Shown here: piece by piece, positions 36,621 to 51,600 of the stretch
How the letters are laid out: every line of letters starts with the position of its first letter
Position numbering within the stretch: position 1 is the stretch's first letter
Assembly (NCBI GenBank): GCA_030390025.1
Contig: CM059431.1
Coordinates: 149,050,001 to 149,114,000, forward strand
Source: Squalus acanthias
Lineage: Eukaryota
DNA: 64,000 nt
Direction of reading: 5' to 3'
The notes under the pieces: model-generated
What the model was told of the DNA's origin: nothing
What the model saw: only the letters and a program-made list of their open reading frames with translations
Databases searched by the model: none
Program-made: the position numbers and the translations under genes

Positions 36621-39600
36621 ACTGAGCACCACACAGAGCGGGATGCGCCCAGGATCATTTCCAGGCCAGTGGTGTGTTAGCTGATTTCACCCGGTGTGGG
36701 AATGAAATGAATGGGCCCAGGATAATTCCGCAGACTGTGGCGTGTTAGCTAATACCCCTCATTGTGGTACTGAGAAACACATTGAGCAGGATGTGCCCAG
36801 GATTATTCCCAAGTCTGTGGTGGGTTAGCTGATCCCACTCAGTGTGCTACTGAGCACCACACTGAGCAGGATCGGCCCAGAATCATTCCCCGGCTTGTGG
36901 TGTGTTTCCTCAACTCTTCCGGTGTGGTACTGAGCCCCACACAGAGCAGGATAGCCCCAGGCTCCATTCAAGGCCTGTGATGTGCCAGTTCTACTCATTT
37001 GCTGATTAACTGAGCCCCAAACACAGAGGACGAAGGGCCCGGGTGCCATTCGTGTCCTGCGGGAATTCTGTAGTTCTGATTTGGTGAGGTACTGAGCCCC
37101 ACACACAGAAGAGAAATGGGCCTGGCTCCATCCCAGGCCTGTGGAATGTTAATTGTTATCGTTTGATGGGCAACTGAGCCTCACAGACAGAGCTAGAATG
37201 GCCCAGTTTCTGTTAACAGATCTGAACCGGTGCAGTGATCAACCCCAAGAGAACAGGAAAGACACAGGATCTATCCCTGCCTGTCCTGTGTTAGCTGATT
37301 TCCCCCGTGTGGTACGGAGTCACACACAGAGAAGGCAGATCGCAGGACTCATCTCCGGCTTGTGCTGAGTGAGCTGCTCCCTAACGGTATGGTACGGAGC
37401 CCCTACACACAGTGCAGAATTGGCCCAGGAACATTCCCCGGTCTTTGGTGAGTTTAATGATAACACCCGGTATGGAACTGATTCCAACACACATTGCAGG
37501 ATGGGCCCAGGATCATGCCACGGCCTGTGGTGCGTTAGCTGAAACCAGCCGCAGTGGTACTGAGCCCCACAAAGAATAGGATGGGCCTTGGAGCATTCCC
37601 AGGCTTGTGATGCGTTTCCAGATTTCTCCCAGCGTGACACTGAGCCCCACAAAGAGCTGGATGGCCCAGGCTCCATTTCCGGCATGTGGTATGTCAGTTA
37701 TTCTCATTCGGTGAGGTACTGAGCCCCACAAAGAATAGGATGGGCCTTGGAGCATTCCCAGGCTTGTGATGCGTTTCCAGATATCACCCAGCGTGAAACT
37801 GAGCCCCACAAAGAGCTGGATGGCCCAGGCTCCATTTCCGGCATGTGGTATGTCAGTTATTCTCATTCGGTGAGGTACTGAGCAGGAAGGGACTAGGCTC
37901 CATTCTCTGTCCTGTGGTGTTTCCCCGATCTCGCCAGATGTGATACTGAGCACCACACGCAGAGCAGGAAGGGCACAGGCTTCTTTCCTGGCCTGAGGTA
38001 TATCTGTTATTCTCACTCGGTGAGCTACTTAGCCCCACACACGGAGGAGGATGGGCCCAGGCTCCATTTCTGGCCTGTAGTAAGTCCGTAGCTCTCATTC
38101 GCTGAATTTCTGAGCCCCACGTGGAGAGATGGAAGGTACTAGGCTCCATGCCCTGTGCTGTGGCGATTTCCCTGATCTCAACCGGTGTGATACTGAGCAC
38201 CACACAGAGAGCAGGAAGGGCAGAGGCTCTATTCCCGGTGTGTTATATGTTAGTTGTTCACATTTAGAGAGGGCTTGAGGCCCACACAGAGCAGGAACGG
38301 CCAAGGCTCTATGTTAATTGTTCTCATAGTGGTATGTCTGTATTCTCATCCGGTGAGATAATGAGCTCCACACCGTGCAGGAAGGGCTCAGGATCATTCC
38401 TGCACTGCTGTATGTCAGTTGTTCACAGTCATTGAGGTACTGATCCCCACACAGAGCAGGAAGGCCCCAGGCTCGAATTCCGGCCTATGGTATGTCAGTT
38501 GGTCACTTTCGGTGAGGTACTGACCCCCACAGCGAGCAGGAAGGCCCCAGGCGCAATACCCGGCCTATGGTATATCAGTTGATCACTTTCGCTGAGGTAC
38601 TGATCCCCGCACAGAGCGGGAAGGGCCCAGGCTTCATTTCCGGCCTGTGGTATGTCATTTATTCTCATTCGGATGGGTACTGAGCTCCACACAGTGCAGC
38701 AAGGGCCCAGGATCGTTCCTGGCGTCTGGTGTTTTCCCTGATCCCACCCGTTGTGATACTGAGTAACACCCACAGAGCAGGATGGGCGCAATCTCCATTC
38801 CCGGCTTGTATTATGTCAGTTGTTCTCATTCGGTGATGTACTTTTCTCCACATACAGAGCAGGAATGGCTCAGGCTTAGTTAATAGTTCTGAACTGGTGT
38901 AGTGCTCAGCCCTACAGAGCAGGAAAGAAGCAGGGTCCATTCGGGCATTTCCTGTGTTAGCTGATCTGAACCGGAATGGTAATGAGTCCCACAGAGAGCT
39001 GTTTGGACCTAAGAACATTCCTAGGCCTGTGGTGTGTTAGCAGATGTCACACAGTGTGGTACTGAGCCCCACCCAGAGCTGGATGTGCCCAGAAACATTA
39101 CGCGGCCTGTGGTGTGTTAACTGATCTTAGCAATGTGGTCCTGAGAACACCACAGAGCAGGATGGGCTCAGAATAATTTTTTGGCCTATTGTATGTCAGT
39201 CGTTCGCAGTCGGTAAGGTACTGAGCCCCACACAAAGCAGGAAGGTCCTAGGCTCCATTTTCGGCATGTGGTATGTGATTTATTCTCGTTCGGTGAGGTA
39301 CTGAGCCCTACACACAGAGCAGGAAGGTCCCAGGCTCCATTTCCGGCATGTGGTATATCTGTGATTCTCATTCAGTGAGGTACTGAGCCCCACACACAGA
39401 GCAGGAAGGGCCCAGGTTCCATTTCCGGCATGTGGTATGTCATTTATTCTCATTCGGTGAGGTACTGAGCTCAACAGATAGAGAAGAAGGGCCTAGGCTT
39501 CATTCCCGGCCTGTGGTATGTATTTTATTCTCATTCGGTGAGGTACTGAGCTCTACACATAGAGAAGGAAGGGCCTAGGCTCCATTCATGGCCTTTGGTA

Positions 39601-41269
39601 TGTCAATGATTCTCATTCGGGGAGGTACTCAGCTCTACAAACAGAGCAGGAACGGCCTATGCTTCATTCTCTGTACTGAGGTGTTTTCCCTGATCTCAAC
39701 CGGTGTGATACGGAGCACCACAAACAGCGCAGGAAGGAGCAAGGCTCCATTACCAGCCTACGGTATGTCTTTTATTCTCATTCGGTGAGTTACAGAGCCC
39801 CACACACAGAGCAGGATGAGCCCAGGCTCCATTCCTGGACTTTGGTATGTTAATGTTCTCAATCAGGGAGGGTTGAGCCTCACACAGAGCAGGAAGGACC
39901 AAGGCTCCATTCCCAGCCTGTGGGATGTCAGTTATGCTCATTCGGTGAGATACTGAGCTCCACACAGTGCAGCAAGGCCCCACGATCATTCCTGGCCTGT
40001 TGTGCTTTCCCTCGTCTCAGCCGGTGTGATACTGAGCAACACACACACAGAAGGATGGGCCCAGGCGCCATTAACGACCTGTGGTATATCAGTTGTTCAA
40101 ATTCAGTGAGTTACTGATCCCCAAGTACAGAGCAGGAATGGCACAGGCTCTCATAACAGATTTGAACTTGTGTAGTGCTCAGCCCCACGGAACAGGAATG
40201 ATGCAGGATCTATCTGGGTCAGTGCTGTGATAGCTAATCTCACCCGGTATGGTACTGTGCCCCACAGAGAGCAGAATGGGCCCTGGATCATTCCACAGAC
40301 TATGCTTTGTTAACCGATCGCACCCAGTGAGGTAATCAACCCCACACAGAGCAGGATGGCCCCAGGCTCCATTCCCGGCCTGTGGTATGTCTGTTATTCT
40401 CATTCGGTGAGGTACTGAGATCCATACCGTGCAGCAAGGTCCCAGGATCATTACCTGTCCTGTGGTGTTTTCCCTGATCTCACCCAGTGTGATACTGAGC
40501 ACCACACACCGAGCAGGAAGGGCCCAGGCTCCATTCCTGGCCGGTGGTTTATCGGTTGTTCTCATTCGCAGAGGTACTGAGGCCCACACACTGAGCAGGA
40601 AGGGCCCAGGATCATTCCCTGTCCTATTGGTGTTTTCCCTGCTCTCACCCGGTGTGATACTGAGCACCACACACAGAGCAGGAATGGCCCAGGCTCCATT
40701 CCTGGCCTGTGGTTTATCGGTTGTTCTCATTCGGAGAGGTACTGAGCCCCACACAAAGAGCAGGAAGGGCCCAGGATCATTACCTGTCCTGTTGGTGTTT
40801 TCGCTGAACTCACCCCGTATGATACTGAGCACAGAACACAGAGCAGGAAAGGACGTGGCTCCATTCCCGGCATGTGGTATATCAGTTGTTCTCTTTCGGT
40901 GAGGTACTGATCCCCACACACATAACAGGAATTGTCCAGGCTCTATTAACAGATTAGAACGGGTGTAGTGCTCAGCCCCACAGAACAGGAAAGAGGCAGG
41001 ATCCATACCGGCCTGTGCTGAGTGAGCTGATCTCACAGAATCAGCCCCACACACAGTGCAGGATAGGCTCAGGATCAATCCACCGAATTGGTGTGTAAGC
41101 AGATTTCACCATGTGTGCTACTGAGCCCCATACACAGTGCAGGATAGGCCCAGGATCATTCCACGACCTATGGTGTGTTAGCTGATCTCACCTGGTGTGG
41201 TACTGAGCCCCACACAGAGCAGCATGGGCCCAGGATCATTCCCAGGCCTGTGGTGTGTTAGCAGATATC

Positions 41270-41641
41270 GGGAACGGTGGCATAGTGGTTTTGTTACTGG
41301 ACTAGTAATACAGAGGCCTGGACCGAGAGAAGTGAGTTCAAATTCCACCAGGGCAGCTGTGGAAATTAAATTCAGTGAATTAAGTAAATCTGGAATAACA
41401 ATGTAATATCAATAATGGTGACCACAAAACTAACAGATTTTCATAAAAAATCATCTGGTTCACTAATGTCCTTCAGGGAAGGAAATCTGCCAATCTTACC
41501 TTGTCTGGCCTATATGTGACTCCAGACCCACAGCAATGTGGTTGACTCTTAACTGCCCGCTGAAATGGCAATTTGGGATGGCCAATAAATGCTGGCCCTG
41601 CCAGTGACGCCCACATCCCGTGAACGAATAAAAAAACAAAA
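41270..41641 (+). mobile_element. tRNA-derived SINE inserted in the satellite
   Basis: A box TGGCATAGTGG, B box GAGTTCAAATT, A-rich tail. 3' end matches the LINE family at 22243. Confidence 0.88.
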
Positions 41642-41789
41642 TCTCAACCAGTGTGACTGAGTCCCATACGAAGCAATATGGGCCTAGGATCATTCCCAGG
41701 GCTGTCGTGTGTTTGCACATATCAACCAGTGTGGTACTGAGTCCCACACAGAGCATGGATGGGCTCAGGATAATTCCATGGCCTGGTGA

Positions 41790-42695
41790 GTTACTGAGCC
41801 ACAAAGAACAGGACAGTTCCATGCACCCTCTCGTGTCTATGCTGAACTATCGCATCTCAGCAGCTGCGTGGCCCTAACACAGCACATGTAAACTGACCCA
41901 CCACCCAGAAACTGCTCCATAATAAATTAACTCACCCAGAAATCTTAAAGGTAGCCATTGCCCGAAAGGGATGCCAGGGCTCGGCCTGATTCAGGGATTA
42001 TTAATTGTTGGATGAAAACATTAACCCGATTACATTATTGATGCCAGAGATTCAAAGAATAATCTAGGCTGAGTAAAGCAATCACATGGAATAAACAGTG
42101 AATTGTAAAAGCCCGGCATTCTCGGCACTGACATCACTAATCAGCCACCTGTGTAAGTAACATTTCAGAACAATGGGGCTGAATCCTCAAACAGACGGGA
42201 GAAAAGCAGGCATACCGTGGATTACATATTTACACAGTTAGGGACTTTCCAGAAACATTCACTGACCACACAGTTTGACAGCGTAAGGCAGAAATCAACT
42301 TCTGTCCTAATAACGATTAAATATCCCCGAAATTTCTGCGAGAAATGGTGATTTCTGTTATTCTTGGAGTAGCTGCTGTTCGCTTGACTGAATGCCTGAT
42401 TTGCAAACAAAGGAAATCTACACTGAGACGTTCAAATTACATGAGCCTATTAGTGCCAGTCAGGTGGGCACAGCAGCGTGAGACACTATTCCCACTCTTG
42501 GCTAATATATTTAAGTAGAGAAATTGAGGATGAACAGTCAAAGCAATCCAACAATTCAATCAATGTCACTTCAATCATCAAACTCCCAGACTGGACAACC
42601 CTAACAAATTTACATCAGACTATGACAGGTAAACTGACCTGTTTAACTGCAGGAGGCAGGCTCAGTAAAGAAGATTAGATTCCCTGCAGTAATGT
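41790..42695. repeat. Unique ~0.9-kb module, copy 1 (others ~50105-50702 and ~51285-51965)
   Basis: Shared GGCATTCTCGGCACTGACATCACTAA...CCTATTAGTG sequence in three places. Confidence 0.88.
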
Positions 42696-45600
42696 GGTAT
42701 TCCAGTTGTTCTCATTCGACGAGGTACTGAGCCCCAACAGTGAGAAAGAACGGCCCAGGCTCCATTCCCGCCTCTGATATGTCTATTGTCCTCAATTGGA
42801 AATGGTCTGTGGCCCGCACACAGAGCAGCAAGTACCCAGGTTCATTCCCTCTCCTGTGGTATGTTAGCTGATCTCATCCGGGGTGATACTGAGCACCACA
42901 CACAGAGCAGGATGTGTCAAGGCTCCATTGCAGGCCTGCGGATTGTCAGTTTTTCTCATTTGATGAGGAACTGAAACAACACACAGTGCAGAAAGGACCC
43001 AGTCTCCATTCCCGGCCTGCGCTATTTCTGTTGTTCTCATTCAGTGTGGTACTGAGCCCCACACACAGTGCAGGAGTGGCCCAGGTTCATTCCACGACCT
43101 GTGGTGTGTCAGCTGATCTCACCCAGTGTGGTACTTTGCCCCGCACACAGTGCAGGATAGGGCCAGGATCATTCCACGCCCTGTGGTGTGTCAGCTGATC
43201 TCACCCAGTGCGGTACTGAGCACCACACAGAACAGGATTGTCCCACGATCATTCTACGACCTGTGGTCTGTTAGCTGATATAAACCAGATTGGTACGGAC
43301 ACCCACACAGAGCATGATGGGCCGAGAATGATTTCCAAGCCTTTGATGTGTAAGCTGATCTCATCCGATGTGGTACTGAGCACCGCACTGAGCTGGTTTG
43401 GCCCAGGGTACATCACCGGCCTCTACTGTGCCAGTTATTCTCATTTGTTGAGCAACTGAACCCCATGCACAGAGAACGAAGTGCCCAGGTTCCATTCCTG
43501 GCATGTGGTATTCTGTTGTTCTCATTTGGTGAGGTACTTAGCCACACACAGAGAGCAGGATGGGCCCAGTCTCATTCCACGACCTGTTCTGGGTTAGCTA
43601 GTCCCACCCAGTGTTGTACTGAGTCCCACACAGAGCAGGGTGGGCCCGGGATCATTCCAGTGCTGGTGGGGTGTTAGCCGATGTCACTCGGTGTGTTACT
43701 GAGCCCCTCATATTGCAGGATAGGACAAGACTCCTTTAGCGGACTGTGCTGTGTCAGTTCTTCTCATTGGGTAAGGAACTGAACTCCACCCAGAGAGAAG
43801 GGAGGCACCAGGCTCCATTCCCGGTCTGTGTTATGTCTGTTATTCTCATTTGGTGAGGTACTGAGCTCCACACAGTGCAGGAAGGGCACATGATCATTCC
43901 CTGTCCTGTGGTATGTTAGCTGATCTGACATGGTGTGATACTGAGCACCACACACAGAGCAGGATGGGCCCAGCTTGCTTCCCGGTCTGTGCTATGCCAG
44001 TAATTCTCATTTCTTGAGGAACTGAGCCCCACACACAGAAGACGAAGGGCCCAGGTTAGATTTCTGGCCGATGGTATTCTGTTGATCTCATTTGTTGAGG
44101 AACTGAGACCCACATGAAAAGGACGAAGGTCCCAGATTCAATTCCTGTCCTGTGGTATTCTCTTGTTCTCATCCGCTGAGGTACTGAGCACCACAAACAG
44201 AGCAGGAATGACCCAGGCTCTGTTAACAGATTCGAATCGGTGCAGTGCTCAGCCCCGCAGAACAGGGGAAAGTGGCAGGATCCATCCCGGCCTGTTCTGT
44301 TTTAACTGCTGTCCCGCGTGTGGTACCGACTCACACATCGAGCAGGAAGATCCCAAGCTCCATCCCCGGCCTGTGCTTAGTGAGCTGCTCTCACTCAGTG
44401 TGGTACTGAGACAAAAATATAGCAGGGAAGGTTCGGGTGCATTGCCCGTCCAATGGTGTTTTATCTGATCACACCCGGTGTGGTACTGAGCCTTACACAG
44501 ATCAGGATAGGCCCAGGATCATTCCCCGTCCTGTGGTGTGTTAGCTGATCACAACCTGTGAAGGACTGAGACCCACACATAGCAGGATGGCCCCAGGATC
44601 ATTCCGCATCCTGTGGTGTGTTAGCTGATCACAAACTGTGTGGGACTGAGACCCACACAGAGCAGGATAGGCCCAGGATAATTCTGCATCCTGTGGTGTG
44701 TTAGCTGATCACAACCTATGTGGGACTGAGACCCATACAGAGCAGGATGGGCCCATGATCATTCCCTCTCCTGTGGTTTGTTAGCTGCTCTCACCGGTGT
44801 TGTACTGAGCCCGAGACTGAGCAGGATGGGCCCAGGATCATTCCCTTGGCTTTGGTTTGTTGCTGATCGCACCTGGTGTGGTACTGAGACCCAAACAGAG
44901 CAGGATGTGCCCAGGATCATTTCCAGGCCTGTGGTGTGTCTCCTGAACTTACCCGGTGTGCTAATGAGACCAAACATATAGACAGATGGGACCAGGATCT
45001 TTCCGCAGCCTTTACCTTTTCAGTTGATTACCCCAGTGTGGTACTGGGCCCCAGACTGAGCAGGATCTGACCAGGATCATTCCCCGGCCTGTGGTGGGTT
45101 AGCTGATCCCACCCAGTGTGCTACTGAGCCCCAAACTGCGCACGATAGGCCCAGAATCATTCCCAGGCCTGTGGTGTGGTTCGTGAACTCACTCTGTGTT
45201 GTACTCTGCCCCACACAGAGCAAGATGGGCCCAGGAACTTTCACTGGCCTTCGGTGCGTTGCTGATCGCGCCCGGTGTGGAAACTGAGCCCCACAGAGTG
45301 CAGGATATGCCCAGGGTCTATTCCCGGCCTGTGCTGTGTCAGTTATTCTCATTTGGTGAGGTACTGAACCGAATCCAGAGATAAGGGCGGCCGCAGTATC
45401 CATGCCCGGCCGAAGGTATGTCTGTATTCTCATTTGATGAATTACTGAGCTACACAAAGTGTACGAAGGGCGCAGGATCATTCCCTGTTCTGTGGTATGT
45501 TAGCTGATCTGAACCGGTGCGATACTGAGCAGCACACACAGAGGACGATGGAACCATCCTCCATTCATGGCATGTGCTCATTCTGTTGTTTTCATTTGGT

Positions 45601-48600
45601 GTGGTACTGAGCGCCATACAGTGCAAGAAGGGCCAAGTTTCCATTCCCGGCCTGTGGTTTGTCAGTTATTCTCATTCAGTGAGGTACTGAGCACCAAACC
45701 CAGAGCATGTGGGGCCCAGGAGCAAACCCTCTCCTGTGGTATGTCAGTTGATCTCATTTGGAGCTGGACTGTGCCCTGTATAAAGAGCAGACCAGCCCAG
45801 GATCATTCCCTGTCCTGTGTTTTTTCCCTGAACACAGCCGGTGGGAGACTGAGTTCCACACACAGAGCAGGATGCGCCCAGGCTCCATTCTCGGCTTGTG
45901 GTATATTACTTGCTCTTACTCGGTGAGGCTCTGATCCCCACACACAGAGCAGGAATGTCCCAGGCTCTGTTAAAATATCTCAACCGGTGCAATGCTCAGG
46001 CCAACACAACAGGAAAGAGGCAGGAACCATCCCGGCCTGTGCTGAGTGAGCTGATCTAACACAGTGAGCCCCACAGAGAGTGCAGGATAAGCCGAGGAGC
46101 ATTACCCGGTCTCTGTTTTTTAGCTGATCTCACCCAGTGTGGTACTGAGCAACACAAAGCGCACGATGGGCTCAGGATGAATCCACCGAATTGGTGTGGT
46201 ACTGAGCCCCACCCAGAGCAGGATGGGCCCAGAAACATTCACCGGCCTTTGGTGGGTTAGCTGATAGCACCCAGTGTGGTACTCAGCCCTACACAGAGCA
46301 GTATGGGCCGAGGATCATTCCCAGGCCTGTGGTCTGTTCGCAGATATCAAACAGTGTGGGACTCATTCCTACACAGAGCAGGACGGGCCCAGTAACATTC
46401 CCAGGCCTGTGGTGTGTTAGCTGATCTCACCTGGTGTGCTAGTTAGCCCCACACAGAGCTGAATGGGCCCATACACATTCCCAGGCCTGTGGTGTGTTAG
46501 CTGATCTCACCCAGTGTGATACTGAGCACCTCACACAGAGCAGAATGTGTCAAGGATCCATTCCAGGCCTCTGATATGTGGTTGTTCTCATTTGCTGAGG
46601 AAATGAGCACACATACAGAGCAGGACGGACCCAGTCTACATTCACGGACTGTCGATTTTCTGTTGTACTCATTCAGTGTGGTACTGAGCCCCACACATAG
46701 TGCAAGATAGGCCCAGGATCATTTCACTGTCTAGTCTGTTAGCTGATCTCACCCGGCGTGGTGCTGAGCCCCACACAGAGCAGGATGGGCAGAGGATCAT
46801 TCCCATGACTGTGGTGTGTTATGTGATCTCGGTGAGTGCTGTACCGAGACACAGAGAGAGCAGGGTGAGCCTAGGATTATCCTAAGCTTGTGGTGTGTTA
46901 GCTGATCTCACCCGGTGTGGTAATGCGCACTAGAGAGAGCAGGATGGGCCCAGGATCATTCTAGTGCTGTGGTGTGTGAACTGATATCACTCAGTCTGGT
47001 ATTGAACACCACGCAGAGCAGAATGTGACCAGGCTCCATTCCCGGCCTGTGATTTGTCAGTTGTTCACATTTGGTGAGGTACTGAGCTCCACATACAGAG
47101 CAGGAAGGGCCCAGGCTCCATTCTCGGCCTGTGTTATGTCTGTTAATCTCAATAGGTGTGGTACTGAGATCTACACAGTGCAGGAAGGGCCCAGGATCAG
47201 TTCCTGTCCTTTGGCGCTTTTCCCGATCTCAACCAGTGTGATACTGAGCACCACACACAGTGCAGGAAGGGGCCCAGGCTCCATTCCCGGCCAGTGGTGT
47301 GTTAGTTATTCTCATTCTATGAGGTATGAGCCGCATCCACAGAGCAGGAAGAACCCAGGCTCCATTCCCGATCTGCAATGTGTTAGTTGTTCACATTCTG
47401 TGAGGTACTGAACCCCACAAACAGAGAAGGATGGGCCCAGGCTCCATTCCCGGGCTGTAATGTGTTAGTTGTTCACATTCTGTTAGGTACTGAGCCCCAC
47501 AAACAGAGAAGGATGGGCCCAGGCTCCATTTGCAGCCGGCCGTGTTTCAGTTAGTCTCATTCGGTGAGATACTGAGCTCCAACAGTACAGCAAAGACCCA
47601 GGGTCATTCCCTGTCCTGTAGTGTGTCAGTTATTCTCATGTGGAGATGGACTGTCCCCTCACATGGAGCAGCAAGGACCCAGGATCATTCCCTGTCCTGT
47701 GGAGTGTTTCCTCATCTCAACCGGTGAGATATTGAGCACCACACACAGTGCAGGATGGGCCCAGGCTCCAATGCCGGACTGTGGGTGTCAGGTAATCGCA
47801 TTTGGTGAGGAACAGATCCTGTCAAACAGAGCAGAAAGAGCCAAGTCCCCATTCCCGGGCTGTGGTATATCAGTAATTCTCATTTTCTGACGTAAGGAGT
47901 CCCACACAGAGGGAAGGGAGACCCTAGGCTGCATTCTCGGCCTGTGGTATGTCTGTTATTCTCATTTGGCGTGGTACCGAGCCCCACACACAGAGCAGGA
48001 AGGGCCCATGCTCCATTCCCGAACTTTGGTAATTCTATTATTCTCATTCGGTGAGGTACTTCGCTCCACAAACAGCAGGAAGGGCCCAGGAACATTCCCT
48101 GTCCTATGGTATGTCAGTTGTTCTCATTCGGAGATGGACTGTGCACAGCACACAGAGCAGGAAGGAACCAGGATTATTCCCTGTTCCGTGGTGTTCTCCA
48201 TGATCTCACTTGGTGTGATACTGAGCACCACACACATAACAGGTTGGGCCCAGGCTATATTCCCGCCCTGTGGTCTGTCGGTTTTTCTCCATCACAGAGA
48301 TACTGAGGCCCACACACAGATCAGGATGCGCCCAGGCTCCATTCCCGCACTGTGGTGTGTCAGTTATTCTAATTTGATGAGGTACAGTGCCCCTCGCTTT
48401 GCACGTTGGGCCCAGGATTATTCCACGGCCTGTGTTGGGTTAGCAGATTAAAGCTGTTTTGGTACTGAGCTCCACACAGAGCAGGATGGGCCCAAAATCA
48501 TTCTGCATCCAGTGTTGGGTTGCTGATCTTATCCAGTTTGGTACAGAGCCCAACACAGTGCAGGATGGGCCCAGCCTCCATGCCGGCCTGTTTTATGTTA

Positions 48601-51600
48601 GCTATTCTCTTTCAGTGAAGGACTGAGCCCCACAGAGAGCAGGAAGGGCCCAGAATCTATTCCCGGCCTGTGGTATGTGAGGTTTTCTCAATCGGTGAGG
48701 TACCGATGAAGGCCAAGAGAGAAGCAAGGGCGCAGGTACCATTTCCGGCCGGCGGTATGTGAGTTGTTATCATTCGGTGAGGTACTGAACAGCACAGAGA
48801 AAGCAGGATCGGCCCAGGCTCCATTTCCAGCCTGCGGTGTGTCAATTATGCTCATTCGGTGAGATTCTGAGCTCCAACAGTGCAGAAAAGGCCCAGGATC
48901 ATTCCCTGTCCTACGGTGTGTCAGTTATTTCATGTGGAGATAGACTGGCCCTCACAAGGAGCAGCAAGGGCCCAGGATCATTCCCTGTCCTGTGGAGTGT
49001 TTCCTCATCTCAACCGGTGTGATACCGAGCAGCATACAACGAGCAGGCTGTGCTCGGTCTCCAATGCCGGCCTGTGGTGCGTCAGTAAATCTCATTTGGT
49101 GAGGAACAGAGCCTCTCAAACAGAGCAGGAAGAGCCAAGTCCCCATTCCCGGGCTGTGTTATGTCAGTAATTCTCATTTGCTGACGTAATGAGCGCCACA
49201 CAGAGAGAAGAAGACCCAAGGCTCCAGTCCCGTCCTCTGGTATGTCTGTTATTCTCATTTGGCGTGGTACTGAGCTCAAATACACCAAGCAGGAAGGGCC
49301 CAGGCACCATTACCGGCCTATGGTATGTTAGTATTTTTCATTTGCTGACGTAATGAGCACCACGCAGAGAGTAGGGAGACCCAAGGCTCCATTCCCGGCC
49401 TGTGGTATGTCAGTAATTCTAATTTGGTGAGGAAATGAGCCCCACACACACAGCAGGAAGGGCCCAGGATCACCTTCTGTCCTCTGGTGTTTTCCCCTAT
49501 CTCACCCGGTGTGATACTGAGCACCACACACAGAGCAGGATGTGCCCAGACTCCATTCCCGCCATGTAGTCTGTCGGTTGTTCTCATTCGGAGAGGTGCT
49601 GGCCTCACACACAGAACAGGAATGTCCCAGGCTCTGTTAGCAGATCTGAACAGGGGTAGTGCTCAGCCCCACACAACAGGAAAGAGGCAGGATCCATCCC
49701 GGCCAGTGCTGAGTGAGCTGTTCTCACACATTGAGCCGCACACACAGTGCAGGATAGGCCGAGGAGCATTCACAGTGTTAGCTGATCACATCTAGCGTGG
49801 TACAGAGCCCCACACAGAGCAGGATGGGCCCAGGAGCATTCCCAGAGCTGTAGTGTGTCAGCTGATCTAATCCAGTTTGGTACTGAGCCCCACCCAGAGG
49901 ACAGGCCCAGTATACATCCCAGGCCTGTGGTGTGTCAGCTAATCTCACCTGGTGTGCTACTTATTCCCACACAGCGCAGGATGGTTCTAGGATCATTCCC
50001 AGGCCTGTGATGTTTTAGCAGATATCAACCAGTGCGGTACTGAGTCCCACACAGTGCTATATGGTCCTCGGTTCATTCCACAGCCTGTGGTGAGTATGTA
50101 ATCCCAATCACATAGAATAAATAATAAAAGGTAAAAGCCCGGCATTCTCGGCACTGACATCACTAACCAGCCACCTGTGTAAGAAACAGCTCAGAACAAT
50201 GGGGCTGATTCCTCAAACAGACGGGAGAAAAGCATTCATAACATGCAATACATATTTACACTGTTAGCGACTTTCCAGAAACATTCACTGACAACACAAG
50301 TTGACGGCGTAAGGCAGAAAACATCCTGGGTCCCAATAGCGATTAAATATATCCGCACTTTCTGCGAGAAGTGGTGATTTCTGTTCTTGGAGTAGCTGCT
50401 GTTCGCTTGACTGGATGGCTGATTTGCAAACAAAGGAAACCTGCACTGAGGCGCTCAAATTTCATGATCCTATTAGTGCCAGTCAGGTGGGCACAGCAGC
50501 GTGAGACACTATTCCCACTCATGGTTAATATATTTAAATAGAGATATTGAGGATGAACACTCAAACAATGCAACAATTTAATCAATGGCACTTCAATGAA
50601 TGGACACCCGTAAGAAACGTAGATCAGACTAGGACAGGTAAACAGACCCGTTTAATTGCGGGAGGCAGACGCAGTACTGAAGTTTCGATTCTCTGCAGTA
50701 ATGGCTCAATTCCCGGCCTGTAGTATTTCAGTTGTTCTCATTCGGCGAGGTACTGAGCCCCACCCAGTGAGAAGGCAGTGCCCAAGAGCATTGCCTGTCC
50801 TGTGGTATATCTGTTATTCTCATTTGGAGATGGAGTGTGCCCCGCACACAGAGCAGCAAGTGTCCAGTATCATACGATCTCCTGTGGTATCTTAGTTGTT
50901 CTAATTGGGTAAGGAACTGAGCCCACACAAAGCAGGAACGTCCCAGTCTCCATTCCCGGCCTGTGGTATTGCTGTTGTTCTCATTCAGTGTGATACTGAG
51001 CCCCACACAGAGCAGGATGGGCCTAGGATCATTCCACGGCCTGTGATGTGTTAGCTAAACTCACCCAGTGTGGTACTGAGCCCCACACAGAGCAGGATGT
51101 GCCCAGCATCATCCACGGCCTGTGGTGTTTTAGCAGGTATCAACCAGTGTGGTACTGAGCACCACACAGAGCAGGATAGGCCCAGTATCATCCCACGGCC
51201 TGTGGTGAGTTAGCTGCTCTCACCCAGTGTGGTACTGAGCCCGACACTGAGCAGGATGGGCCCAGGATCATTCCATGGCCCGGTGAGTTACTGAGCAACA
51301 AAGAACGGAACAGTGCCAGGAATCCTCTCTGGTCTAGGCTGAACTATTGCATCTCATCTGCTGTCTGTATTTAACACAAAACATGTAAACTGACCCATCA
51401 CACAGAAACTGATCCAGTATCAATTAACTCAACGAGAATCCTTAAAGGTTGACATTGCCCGAAATTGATGCCATAGCTCGGCCTGATTCAGGGATCATTA
51501 ATTGTTGGATGAAAACATTAACCCGATTGCCTTACTGATGCCACAGATTCAAGAATATTCCAGTCTGAATAAAGCAATCACATTGAATAAATAATAAAAG

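Noticed and set aside
41943..41963. TCTTAAAGGTAGCCATTGCC resembling the R2 target site
   Set aside because: Not conserved in the paralogous module (CCTTAAAGGTTGACATTGCC) and no flanking 28S sequence; likely chance.
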